NCBI GenBank assembly: GCA_951406725.2 | Contig: OX597831.1 | Span: 33,294,001 to 33,358,000 of the forward strand | DNA from: Octopus vulgaris | Taxonomy: Eukaryota | DNA: 64,000 nucleotides | Direction of reading: 5' to 3' | Part shown: positions 18,173 through 31,540 of the stretch, in pieces | Layout: every line of letters starts with the position of its first letter | Position numbering within the stretch: position 1 is the first letter of the stretch | Notes under the pieces: model-generated | Database searches by the model: none | What the model was told of the DNA's origin: nothing | What the model saw: only the letters and a program-made list of their open reading frames with translations | Position numbers and translations under genes: made by a program

Positions 18173-18842
18173 ATATATATTATACACATATATAAGCATA
18201 TGCATACGTCATACACATATTCATACATAGACATATATTCACATATACATACATGTACATTCACACACACACGCACAACACACACACACACACACATATA
18301 CATACACGCACGCACATCCATACAGATAAACACAAAGATGGACACAAAGACATACATCAACATATACATACAGATGTACTTCTAGATATGAACACATAAT
18401 AGTTATGAACACATACGCACTGACATTACATATAGAACTCACATAGGCTCATACACACACACACACACATAAAGATACTGAGAGACGCATACATATAAAC
18501 ACACAGATACGCCCATATACATACTCACAAATACGAACACATACATACATATATTATAACCATATATACACATACACATATGAACGTATGTACAATAGAA
18601 CGTGTAGATACATGTGTATATACGCATGAAAGTGGCGGTGATAGTGGTGGTGATGGTAGTGGCGGTGGTAGTAGTGGTAGTGGTGGTGGTAGTGGTTGTT
18701 GTGGTGGTGGTGGTGACCATTATGTGCATGAAGATGTTATGATAGCGATCAGCGATGATAATGATGACAATGGTGATGATGCTTATGTATATATAAACTA
18801 TATATATATATATATATACATACATACATATATATATATATA

Positions 18843-18925
<83 letters not shown>

Positions 18926-19077
18926 TGGCTGTGCGGTAAGAAGCTTGCTTCTCAACCACATGGTTCCGGGTTCAGTCCCACTGCCTGACACCTTAGGTAA
19001 GTGTCTTCTATTATAGCCTCGGGCCGTCCAAAGTCTTGTGATTGCATTTGGTAGACGGAAACTGAAAGAAGCCAATC

Positions 19078-19149
<72 letters not shown>

Positions 19150-19424
19150 ATGTATTTTTGAATGTATGTATGTATGTATGTATGTATGTATGTATGTATG
19201 TATGTATATATGTATTTGTGTGTCCGTGTTTGTCCCCACCGTCGCTTGACAACTGATGCTGGTGTTTTTACGTCCCCGTAACTTAGCGGGTCGGCAAAAG
19301 TGACGGATAGAATAAGTATTAGGCTTACAAAGAATAATTGCTGGGGTCGATTTGTTCGACTAAAGGCGGTGCTCCAGCATGGCGCAGTCAAATGACTGAA
19401 ACAAGTAAAATAATAAAATATATA

Positions 19425-19830
19425 TCTTTATATATAAAAGTGAAGTTGTGTGAGTGTCTGTCTCCTACAATTTAGATTCCAAACTACTCCCACATTTTGC
19501 GGTGCAGTTTAACCAAAACCGGGTATCTTATAGTCGTGATTCATATGGTATAGTCGTGATTCTGGGTATTAGCGCGCGTCTACGATGAGTCTACGATTTT
19601 AAAAATAATTTACCATCATTTTTTTCCATTTTAATGCATTTTTTCGCTATTATATAAGGGAAGTAACTCTCTAAAAATGTCTACGATGAGTCAACGATTT
19701 AAAAAAAACTTACCATCATTTTTTTCCATTTTTAATGCATTTTTTTGCTATTTTTTTACTATAACTCTCTAAAAATGCTTATATAGTTATTTCCCTTACA
19801 AACCCGAGCAACGCCGGGCGATACTGCTAG
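19425..19830 (+). mobile_element. Non-autonomous Helitron-like element
   Basis: A|TC start, subterminal hairpin cccg..cggg, CTAG|T end; internal ~100-bp tandem duplication (19578-19780). Confidence 0.7.
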
Positions 19831-20154
19831 TATATATATATAATGTATTGATACGTGATAGAAAATTCAACAAAAAAAGTACTCCATCTGATGAGAGATA
19901 AATATTATTTATTTAAAGGTCACAATACATGTATTAAAGTGCTACTTATAGTTTCATATGTCAAGAAAACACAAACATATTCTTCAGGCGCAAACCACGT
20001 GTCATAACGAACTGAAAATAGACTGAACAAGAGAAGATCCGCGATAGCTAATATTAAGTAACAGTGTGTCTAACTTCACTTCTAGAGAAATTATCGAGAA
20101 AGTTGCCTCTAGTATAACAATGCACTAGCCAGTACTGGCTTCAAAGAGAAATCT

Positions 20155-20556
20155 ATACTCTTTTACTCTTTTACTTGTTTCAGTCATTTGACTGCAGCCA
20201 TGCTGGAGCACCGCCTTTAGTCGAGCAAATCGACCCCAGGACTTATTCTTTGTAAGCCCAGTACTTATTCTATCGGTCTGTTTTGCCGAACCGCTAAGTG
20301 ACGGGGACGTAAACACACCAGCATCGGTTGTCAAGCAATGCTAGGGGGACAAACACACACACACAAACACACACACACATATATATATATACATATATAC
20401 GACAGGCTTCTTTCAGTTTCCGTCTACCAAATCTACTCACAAGGCATTGGTCGGCCCGGGGCTATAGCAGAAGACGCTTGCCCAAGATGCCACGCAGTGG
20501 GACTGAACCCTAACCATGTGGTTGGTTAGCAAGCTACTTACCACACAGCCACTCCT
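20155..20556 (-). mobile_element. tRNA-derived CORE-type SINE (family B), full length
   Basis: Head ggagtggctgtgtggtaag..ggttcagtcc (A/B-box-like), cttgggcaag core, internal TA/CA tract, (AGTAAAAG) tail; other copies at ~8027-8470, 14870-15215, 18923-19410, 61465-61862, partials at ~28940, 33400, 47700, 58640. Confidence 0.8.
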
Positions 20557-20632
20557 CTCTACTTTTCTTTAAAAAGCCTTTATTTTTTATATCTAATGTG
20601 AATTTTCTTAGTTTTCTTTTTACTTTTCCCCA

Positions 20633-20736
<104 letters not shown>

Positions 20737-20978
20737 ATGCACGTCGGGCGAAATGCGTAGCCGTATTTCGTCTGCCGTTACGTTCTGAGTTCAAATTCCG
20801 CCGAGGTCGACTTTGCCTTTCATCCTTTCGGGGTCGATAAATTAAGTACCAGTTACGCACTGGGGTCAATGTAATTGACTTAATCCCTTTGTCTGTCCTT
20901 GTCTGTCCTTGTTTGTCTCCTCTATGTTTAGTCCCTTGTGGGCAATAAAGAAATAAGAATAAGAAGAAACCTAACAAT

Positions 20979-21295
20979 AGGTCAAGGAAAGTTATCTTGG
21001 TTCGCCCCCTTCCTTTTCTCTTAATATAAAAACTTTCAGCAAGTTTTCAGGAGGCTAAACAGCGGTGGTGTAATTCCCTTACAGGACTGTCACGTTAAGT
21101 TGACAGTATACAACCACTCTATTTTATAGGCGTTCTGTGAAATTACCATATAGCTACTGTCTCAATATGAAGAGTATCCTTACACGTGGTCAGTACCAAA
21201 AGCCTAAATCCAGTTGCAACTATCGAGGCCCAGGATCCTGTCCACTTGACCAACGATGAATAATCAAATCTGTCATACGCCAGGCAGAGGTCCTT
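20979..21295 (+). mobile_element. Penelope-like element ORF remnant (RT C-terminus to Cys-rich linker before GIY-YIG; Neptune-like)
   Basis: Frameshifted translation RSRKVI/WFAPSFSLNIKT ... SVKLPYSYCLNMKSIL ... CNYRGPGSCPLDQR*IIKSVIRQAEV follows the order IIWFNPP, VKxSYSC, CNC..CPL...C...VIY. Confidence 0.72.
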
Positions 21296-21432
21296 ATTCA
21301 GTATGATGGGCCACGAGCTTGATAATTCTAGAAAAAGCTGTAAGAGACTCTCTATGTTTATATTCTCTGTCTAAATTAAATGTCCTTTTCAAGTGATGCC
21401 AAATGTTTGCCTTTTCATTTTTACTTTAATCA

Positions 21433-21530
<98 letters not shown>

Positions 21531-21713
21531 ACACTTTACATCATGATATTTCTGTGATACACGATCCCTATTGATCGCTTTTTTTTTCTTTCCCTTTTAC
21601 GATCCCTTTTGATCGAAAACCTACCCCACTTATTTTTTCCCACCAAAAAGAAAAGCTGTACTTTGTAATCTGTCCCGTCTGTGTGGCAGCCCTGTGTGGC
21701 TAATAAAGAAACA

Positions 21714-21786
<73 letters not shown>

Positions 21787-22506
21787 GTGTGTCTTTGTCT
21801 GTCTGTTAGTCTGTCTATCTGTCTCTCTCTCTCTCTCTCTCTCCATATATATATATATATACATAATACATAAATACAAATACATACATATATACATACG
21901 TACGCACGTACATACATACGTAAATACATGCATGCATTGCATACATATACGTTTGTGCATGTGTGTAGGTATGTTTGTTTGTAGATAAATAGAAATACGT
22001 TATCAAATAAGTTGTTTCTTTGTGTTTGCATGATAAGGGAGATTCGGCTTCTATTTCTATTAAATCATACAACCCCGTAAAGACCCCATTGTCTGGCAAT
22101 GTATCTGTCTGGTCAGTCTTCCAGAACAAACTCCTCTTTAAGCAAAGAACAAACAATGAAATACCGTAGATTTAATGGCGTAATAACGTGTGTGTTAGGA
22201 ACATATTATTTATCAATAAAACAGACGATAAAAACACTGGAACGTTGCCATTAGATAATATTTGTCAAGAATTATTGAGTTTGAGTTTTTATAAACAGAA
22301 GACAAACCGTCTAAATGTCTACGATGTATTCTTGTTAACAAGATTATCATTTACCTGGCTATTAATCTTCACGCTGTACGTATACATACATACATACACA
22401 TTATATATTATGTATATACAAATCTAATATATTATATATATTTATATATATATATAAATATATATAAATATATATATATATACATATATATATGTATATG
22501 ATATGC

Positions 22507-22666
<160 letters not shown>

Positions 22667-23001
22667 TTGTACATAAACTATATAGCTTTTATGGCCTCTG
22701 TATTGTCTGCATCCTATCTATTATACTTGCAACGTCTGGAATTTTGGTGGAACATGAAAGGCGATCGCATTGAGTTCAGTACGATCCCCCGAAAATGTAA
22801 ACGGCAATGTCAACGTCGACAGAATTAGAACACAGAACGTAAAAACGGACGAAATGCTAGGAAACTAGATGGTAAAAGTTTTTATATTTTCATTTCGTTC
22901 CTTTCGGGATTTTATCCCTAATCTTGTGGTTATAGAATCTAGCTGTTCTTTCTAGCGCGAGGAATCCCATGAGTGTTTTATATATATATATATATATATG
23001 T

Positions 23002-23054
<53 letters not shown>

Positions 23055-23070
23055 CATACACATATATACC

Positions 23071-23155
<85 letters not shown>

Positions 23156-23270
23156 CCCTGCTCGCTTGGCCAGCGGGGTGGCGTCATTTGAAGGCTAAAA
23201 CAATGCAAAGCGCATTGTGACCAGCGATGTGTAGCAACATCTGATAGTCTGGTCGGTCACGGTGATCACG

Positions 23271-23357
<87 letters not shown>

Positions 23358-23378
23358 GCATGTATGTGCATGTGTGTA

Positions 23379-23410
<32 letters not shown>

Positions 23411-23414
<4 letters not shown>

Positions 23415-23908
23415 AATTTTTTTGCGTAATAAGATAAAAAAAAAGCCCAAAGCTGTATAGATATTAGAGCATTTATAGATAGAAGGTCTTACAGCTGTTT
23501 CTAGGATATTTAGTAATATTATCCCTTCATCGGAGACGGTATGAGAGGATAATTAATGATACAAAATAGAGAGTGAGGTGGAGGAAAGAAAATAGATGCA
23601 AGATATGTAAGGGTATTGTAAATCCATTTTATAGGCATAATGGTATATATGCAATGGTCCAATATCCTATGAGTAATGTCCAAAAGTCCAACAGAGTTTA
23701 AAATGAGCCCTTCCAAATATAGAGTTTATAAGCAATGTAGGATTGTATCACATCTAAACTAACTATGACTTAACTTTCCTCTCACACCGTCTCCGATGAA
23801 GGGATATAACTAATAAATATCCTAGAAACAGCTGTAAGACCTTCTATCTATAAATGCTTTAATATCTATATACCCTTGGTTTTTATCTTATTACGCAAAA
23901 ATTCTTAT
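23411..23908. repeat. Penelope-type terminal repeat in inverted arrangement, each arm with a hammerhead-like motif
   Basis: 23411-23550 is the reverse complement of 23775-23908; a further copy at ~53293-53650. Confidence 0.7.
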
Positions 23909-24063
23909 ATACACACGCTAACATAGAACCAACGTTGAACCCCTTATTCGCAATATTACCGAATCTGGAACTTAACTATGGTCTGTCTATAGCACTTATT
24001 CAGCATTACCTGACACCTTTGGGTCTCAATGACACCATTATCGCTTAAAACCTCAACTTCTCG

Positions 24064-24139
<76 letters not shown>

Positions 24140-24172
24140 AACTATATATACATACATACATACATACATACA

Positions 24173-24239
<67 letters not shown>

Positions 24240-24759
24240 CAAATTTACACGAAACAAAAAATGAAGACAGGTGTAGGAACAACAAGCAAGTGTATTAGTT
24301 TAACGCTCGGGAAAGTTTTGTGTTTCGGGCCTACGCCTATTCAACAGAAAGCATGAAGAGAAAAAAATGGGCAGAGAATGCAAAAAACGGAGAGAGAAAG
24401 AAATTATGCAGAGTTCAATGGTCCAACATGGCGAGATGACTGGAAAAAAGAGGTTAAATGAAAGGGATCGAATTATTTGTAATGAGAAACATGATTGTGT
24501 ATATTAGGATAGATAATAGACATCGATAAACACATTTCATCAGCCAACTTTTTACTCAGAACCATTACAATTTCGGCACTTAGAAAAAGTTGGTATCGTT
24601 CATCTAACTAGACGAATTGTAAGAAGAAGAGAAGGACGGCAGTGGGGAGAGAAAGGAGGTGGGGGAGGAGGAAGAGGTGGAGGAGGGGTGGATAAGGTAG
24701 AAGAAATAGGGGTAGTAAGAGGAGGGTAAAATGAAGTTTGTCGTAATTCGATTCAAATA

Positions 24760-24791
<32 letters not shown>

Positions 24792-25107
24792 TTTTATTAA
24801 GAAGAAGAACAACAACAGACACAATAGCATAACAATAAAGACATCAGAGCTATTGTTTATAAATATAAAACGACACATCACAAAAAGGCATTTACAAATA
24901 AATACATATTATTTATATATAATAATATCATTTTTTTTTAAATGTAAAAATAACTGAGAGGGGATATAAAATGATTAAGTATTTCGTTGGTATGAATTTA
25001 GGCGTTGGTAGTGATTGTGTCCCTTTTTTAGTTTTTGTTTGTTTTTCTTTTGTTTGTTTGTTTTTTGTAATTTTTTTCACGGATCTTTGTAAAGTGTTTG
25101 TGGATGA

Positions 25108-25143
<36 letters not shown>

Positions 25144-25589
25144 TTTGTTATTTTGATTTATTTAAAAACTGTTATATTTTTTAATTCTATTTTATTTGGT
25201 GGTGGAGGAGCGGGGAAGGTTATAGTGATATCTTACATTTTTTTTCTCCTTTTAATTACGCTTTACTTCAATTTTTTTTTAATTTTTTGTTTTTTTTTAA
25301 TTATTTTTTATTGTTTTATATTCATATTCATGTTTGTTTGTTTTTTTATTCTGTTTTACTTTTATAAAGAATTCAACGGATGAATCGAAATGGTTCGTTT
25401 GACTTAAAGAGGAATTACAGAAACAAGATTTATACGTGGGAAAACAACTGGAAATACAACAACTGTAACGACAACAACAACATCAACAACAACAATAACA
25501 AACTACAATTGTATTGTTATTATTATTATTATTAATATTTATCAAATCTTTAATCGCGTCGCAAAGACTGCAAGATATATTTTCCATCG

Positions 25590-26720
25590 TTTATAACAAC
25601 AATGATAACAACAAAGATGATGACGATGGCGGTGATGATTATGATGGTGGTGGTGGTGGTGGTAATGATGATGATGATGATGTTCGTGATAATGTTCATA
25701 ATGATAATGATAATGATGATGACGATGGCGGTGATGATAATGATGATGATGATGGTGGTAGTGGTGGTGGTGGTTGTGGTGGTTGTTGTGGTGATAATGA
25801 TGATGATGATGATCATCATCATCATCATCATGATAATGCTCATAATGATAATGATAATGATGATGACGATGGCGGTGATGATAATGATGATGGTGGTGGT
25901 GGTGGTGATGGTGGTGGTGATGGTGATGATGATAATGATGATGGTGGTGGTGGTGGTGGTGGTGGTGGTAGTGGTGGTGGTGATGGTGATGGTGGTGGTG
26001 ATGACGATGACGACGATGATTTCTTTTCATGATTTTTCTTAAACAGAAACTAAAGAAAAATAAATTGTATTTGAGGAAAAATGGTATAATTAGAGAAGAA
26101 GCACACGCACGCACGCACGCACACACACACACATACACGCACACATACACACACACACACACACACACATACACGCACACACACACACACACACGCACAC
26201 ACACACACACTAGAAAAAAACGATAAGGAGTAGAAAGAAAAAAACCGTCCCACCACACCTCGATAGAGTTGTGAAAAATTGGTGTTCATTGCACTGGAGA
26301 GAATAGCTGTTGTTGTTGTTGCTAGTGGTGGTGGTGGTGGTGGTGGTGGTTGTGGTAGTGGTGGTGGTTGTGGTAGTGGTGGTGGTGGTGGTAGTGGTGG
26401 CGGCGGCGGTGGTGGTACTTGTACTGTTAATGGTGATAGTGGTGGTGGTGGTTGTTGTGGTGGTGGTGGTGCGACTGGTAAGATGGTAGGGGCGGTTGCA
26501 GTGCTGGTGGTAGTATTGTCGCTACTGTTATCTGTGGTGGCTGATGGCGGCGACGACGGCGGCGGCAGTGATGATGGTGGCGGCGGTGCTGGTGGTATTA
26601 TTGTTGTTGCTGTTGTTGTTCTTCATGGTGGTGTTGGGGCTGGTGGTGGTGGTGGTCATGGTGGCGGCGGTGGTGGGGAATTGTTTGTGGCGGTGGTGGT
26701 GGTGGTGGTGGTGGTGGTGG
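25590..26720. repeat. (GAT)n/(GGT)n low-complexity region with a duplicated unit
   Basis: Direct reading; tcataatgataatgataatgatgatgacgatggcggtgatgataatgatgat occurs twice. Confidence 0.85.
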
Positions 26721-27122
26721 CGGGTGCAGATGTCTTTGTTATATTGTACTTTTCGTAAACCCCATTTATTACAATTCTTATTACACACACACACACACAC
26801 ACAGACACACACACAAACACACATACACACACACCAACACACATGCAATTAATAGAGGCAATGCAGTCATAGGGCTTACATTGATATTTAAAGCTTGTAT
26901 GTATGCATGTATTTGTGCGTAGATGTGTGTGTATGTATGTATATATATATATATATACACATACATATATATATATGTGTGTGTATATATGTATATATAT
27001 ATATATATATGCATATGTATATATATATATGTATATATATATATATGTATATATATATACTAGCATTATGACCCGTCGTTGCCGGGTCATAGTGCTAGTG
27101 CATGTATATATGTGTATATATA

Positions 27123-27197
<75 letters not shown>

Positions 27198-27299
27198 ATA
27201 TTACATGCACATCTATATATATACATCTACACATAAAATACAAAATACAAAGTTATATCTTGATATCGCTAGTGATAACAATACTCAAAATATATAACA

Positions 27300-27830
27300 G
27301 ACTGGAATTGTAGGCCCGTCTCTTGCAATTTCGATCAATTGTATCTTGTCCTCCCTCTTGTATAGAAATGTGGCTACAGTCCAGCCTACCTCTACTTCTG
27401 GGGGGACATTTTAAATTTTTATCCGGGACGTCTTACGTTCCAGATATAAAGGTAAAAATAAAATATTTCCACTTTGCAAGGTTCGAGTCGAGTACTCTCT
27501 TGCACACTCCGTTGACTCGAACCTTGTGGCGAATTTACCGCCTCTAGTTAGATACTTGATATCTTTCATAGTCGCACCAAGACACTTTTCGATGATGCTT
27601 TCCTCCAGGTGTTCAAATCTTTTTTTTCTCAACATTGTATACTTTATAGACAATAGTCTTTTCTTTAATTTAATTTTTTATTTCGTTTGGTGTTGTTATC
27701 CTAGATTCACCGTCTTTGTCGGTGATCAATCCGAAATAGGTTTGTATTTCTTCCATTTCAATTTTAATGAGTTCGCGCCCGCGACGGCTGCAGCGAAATT
27801 CGTTTTTGGACTTTCTTCTATCGAAGGCAT
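27300..27830 (-). mobile_element. Degenerate LINE ORF1-like fragment (possibly L1/Tx1 group)
   Basis: Stop-interrupted frame: NFAAAVAG..KYLTRGGKFATRFESTECARE..SRIKI*NVPPEV; family assignment is inference. Confidence 0.45.
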
Positions 27831-28730
27831 TCTAACAAAAATGCTTCCGTATAAACGGTGAAAATATTGTCAATTTCCCCAAACAGGGACACAATTCAAT
27901 TTTTAAACAATAACCAAAGCCCCAAAGGGGGAGGGTTACAGTTTACAATTATTTAACAAATGCAACACAACATCGTTTCCCTTACGAGAAACCAACAAAC
28001 GTGATAACAATAGTTAAACAGTAATAATAACAACAAACCTTACAGTGAATCAAAAAGCAGTACGCAGTTGAAGCTATAGTCCTTTATGTATAAGAAATAA
28101 ACCAACAGCAGTACTCAGTAGAAGCGGCTGTTCAAGAAAACAGACATTACATACAGCCAAACTTCACATAGGTACTTAATGCTAGCTAATTAGCAGATAA
28201 TCTAATGTAAAAGCCGTGGTAAACGATATGTGCACAGCTCCATCTGGACTATTCCATTTCTGCACACTAATTTTATTTTTAATTTATTCCCATTCATGTG
28301 AAACCACTTATTCAAGTTCAAGTCATTGATGCAATTTTATACCAATTGCTATTTTTACTTTTGTTAAGTTACGATTATATTATACTTTAGTTTGATTTTA
28401 ATTATTACTTACTACATATAATTCAATTGTTATTATTATCTCTAATTTTTATTGTTAAGGCGAAAGTATCTGACATAAAATAGAGAAATGTTTTTGTTTC
28501 ACTTTTAACACGTAATACTGAAATAGTGGAGAAGATATTATATTGCTATGGGCTCGCCCTAGGCAAAAAGTTAAAAAATTTTTGCCGATGACACTCCCCG
28601 GACCCTAAGTAAGGCATGTGTCAATTTTGAATGAAATTGGTTGTGTAGTTCTCAAGTTTTAGAGTAACACACAGACAGACAGACAGACAGACAGACACAC
28701 ACACACACATTCTTAGTTTTATATATATAT

Positions 28731-28781
<51 letters not shown>

Positions 28782-29005
28782 TATATATATACACACATAT
28801 ATATATATATATATATATAAAATATATATATAAAAATAAATATACACACATACATATATATGCATGTACATATACATACATATAGGCATACATACATACA
28901 TACATACATACATACGTACATACATACATACATACATATGGAAGTCTTCTTTCAGTTTCCATCTACCAGATCTACTCACAAGGCTTTGATCGGCCTTACG
29001 ATATA

Positions 29006-29558
29006 CGAGGGTGTCAAAGAGTAATGCCATTTCGTTTAGGACAGGTATAATTACCAACGCAGGAACATGTATCATACATCAAAATGAAGCTGCGCCTCTG
29101 TGGATCACATCCCTACTTCTCAACATAGTCACCGTTTCTCTCAATAGCAATGTTCCACCTTCGAATGAGAGCATGTATCCCTGTCCCATAAAATTCCGTT
29201 GACTGTTCTTTGAGCCACTTCTTCACTACAGTTTTCACTTCCTCGTCACTGGAATAATGTTTGCTTCTCAAACCCTCTTTTGTGATGCCGAAGTGATGAT
29301 AGTTTGAAGACGCTAAATCTGGCGAGTATGGAGGTAGGGAAGAAGTGGCTCAAAGAACAGTCAACAGAATTTTACGGGGCAGGAATACATGCTCTCATTC
29401 GAAGGTGGAACATTGCTACTGAGAGAAACGGTGACTATGCTGAGAAGTAGGGATGTGATCCACAGAGGACCGGCTTCATTTTGATGTATGATACATGTTC
29501 CTGTGTTGGTAATTATACCTGCCCTAAACAAAATGGCATTACTTTTTGACTCACCCTA

Positions 29559-29559
<1 letters not shown>
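29006..29559. mobile_element. Mariner-derived MITE with ~220-bp inverted arms and TA target duplication
   Basis: 29006-29224 is the reverse complement of 29339-29559; arm encodes a mariner C-terminus (KKWLKEQSTEFYGAGIHALIRRWNIATERNGDYAEK*); TA on both sides. Confidence 0.85.
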
Positions 29560-29609
<50 letters not shown>

Positions 29610-30096
29610 CATTTTTCATCAATAAATTTCTCCCCCAACTAAACATGAACACACAACTCAATACAGAACACCACTAACTCTTCAATTAAAACCACTAACC
29701 CCTATACACTTCCTACACCACTCACATCTCTAAATCCAGAACTACTTACCTCCCTTACAAATAATCCAGAACTACTTACCCCCTTACAAATAATCTTTTT
29801 TCTCAGGAACTATTAGACCTGACACCGTATATCAACCGGTGTTGTTCAAACGATGAATAGCTTTGCGTAAACCATGGTCCGTTTTGTTCTCTTACTTTAT
29901 TATCATCTTATAATCATCTCATAATAATGACTTTTATGACTCGTATTACTACCTCAGTCAATCTAAATGTATATATCTGTCGTTACCTGTCATAAATAGC
30001 CTTTTTCTTATTTGCAATATGCATTTTCGTTGATTTTTCATATTTTACCCTTACATTTCCACGTGTATTTTATATTTTCTTTTCGTAACATATTTC

Positions 30097-30157
<61 letters not shown>

Positions 30158-30177
30158 TATATGTATATATATACATA

Positions 30178-31060
30178 CGAGGTGGGGAGGGGAGGCAAAA
30201 GAAACTGGAATTTTTGCAATGTAATTTTATTCACTTAGTTTTACATGATTCCACTTTTATCGCCTTCAAAGTATTCTCCATTTGAAGCAATGCATCGGTC
30301 TAGGCGCGTTTTTCACTGTTCGAAGCAGTCCTGGAACTCTTGCAAAGTGATGCCTTTTAACGCCTCCGTCGTTTTTGTCTTCACCTCTTCCACATCAGCA
30401 AATTCCGTAGCACCAGCTTTTGTCACCGGAAATGACCTTCAAAAACATGTTCAGATCAGCTTCCAACTGTTCTTTCAGTTCCTGACACGCATTCAGCCGT
30501 GACTGCTTTTGATCTTCTTTGAGCAAGCGAGGCACAAATTTTGCTGCAACTCTTTTTTCATTCGCAATTCCTCGCTCAAAATTCGTTGGCAGGAGCTCCA
30601 GGACACACCAGTCCTATCAACAAATTCGTCAATTGTTCGTGAACAGTCCTCCATGATCAGTTCATGAATTTTCATGATCTTTTCATTCGTTCGGAAGGCC
30701 GACGGATGCTCTGAATGAGATTGGTCTTCAAGGGACAAGTGACCATTCGTAAAACTGTGTTTTGCTCATGGCAGCGTCCTTGTAAGCTGTCTGAAGCATG
30801 ACCATTGTTTCGGCTGCCGATTTCCCTAGCAGAAAACAGAATATTACGGAAGCACGATGTTCTTCGTTTCACCCGTCGCAAAAATCGATAAACAGGGGGG
30901 AAGTAATGCAAGACAAAGATGCACCACGTAGCAGTATGATTTCACTCGACGATGGAGGTCAGCAAACGTTCGCCGCATCAAGTGGCTTCTAGCGGCGGAT
31001 GCCTGAACTACAACGAGTTTGTCCCACAAAGAACGTTTCCGGTTACTTTTGGATACCTCC
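30178..31060 (-). mobile_element. Mariner transposon, internally deleted pseudogene
   Basis: EQRASVIFCFLLGKSAAET..YEW, RILSEELRMKK, KFVPRLL, VISGDKSWCYG then a jump to FADVEEVK..CIASNGEYFEGD; most of the DD34D core is missing. Confidence 0.85.
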
Positions 31061-31272
31061 ACAAGTGTACACACACACACACACATTTATATATATCAAC
31101 CATGTGAATATAAATGTAAACAAACAGACATTTGCTTTATTTATTAGAAGTGTCGAAACGTGTAACGTACGATACAAATAAGATGATTCTCGAACGCAGA
31201 GTTGCTGTTAGAACAGCAGAAATACCGGGCAACTCTGCGTTCGAAAAAATATTATCTTCTTATTTTTATCGT

Positions 31273-31329
<57 letters not shown>

Positions 31330-31334
31330 AACTT

Positions 31335-31540
31335 AGATATGTTTCGACCAAAGATTGGTCCAGGCCATGTCTAACTTAGCACCACCTGACAGGATTATCT
31401 AAATACTTTTTAAGTCAAGTTTTGTGGTATCATGGTCCATTCGGGTAGGGAGTTCTTGTTGAGTAAGTTGTATCTCGGTATGAGTGGCTTACCTAGTATT
31501 CCTTGAAGAAAATTGTCCACACTCCGTTTAAAGGTGATGG
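31335..31540 (-). mobile_element. 3' end of a CR1/Jockey-group LINE
   Basis: PITFKRSVDNFLQGILGKPLIPRY..NKNSL, resembling the C-terminus of such ORF2 proteins. Confidence 0.45.
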
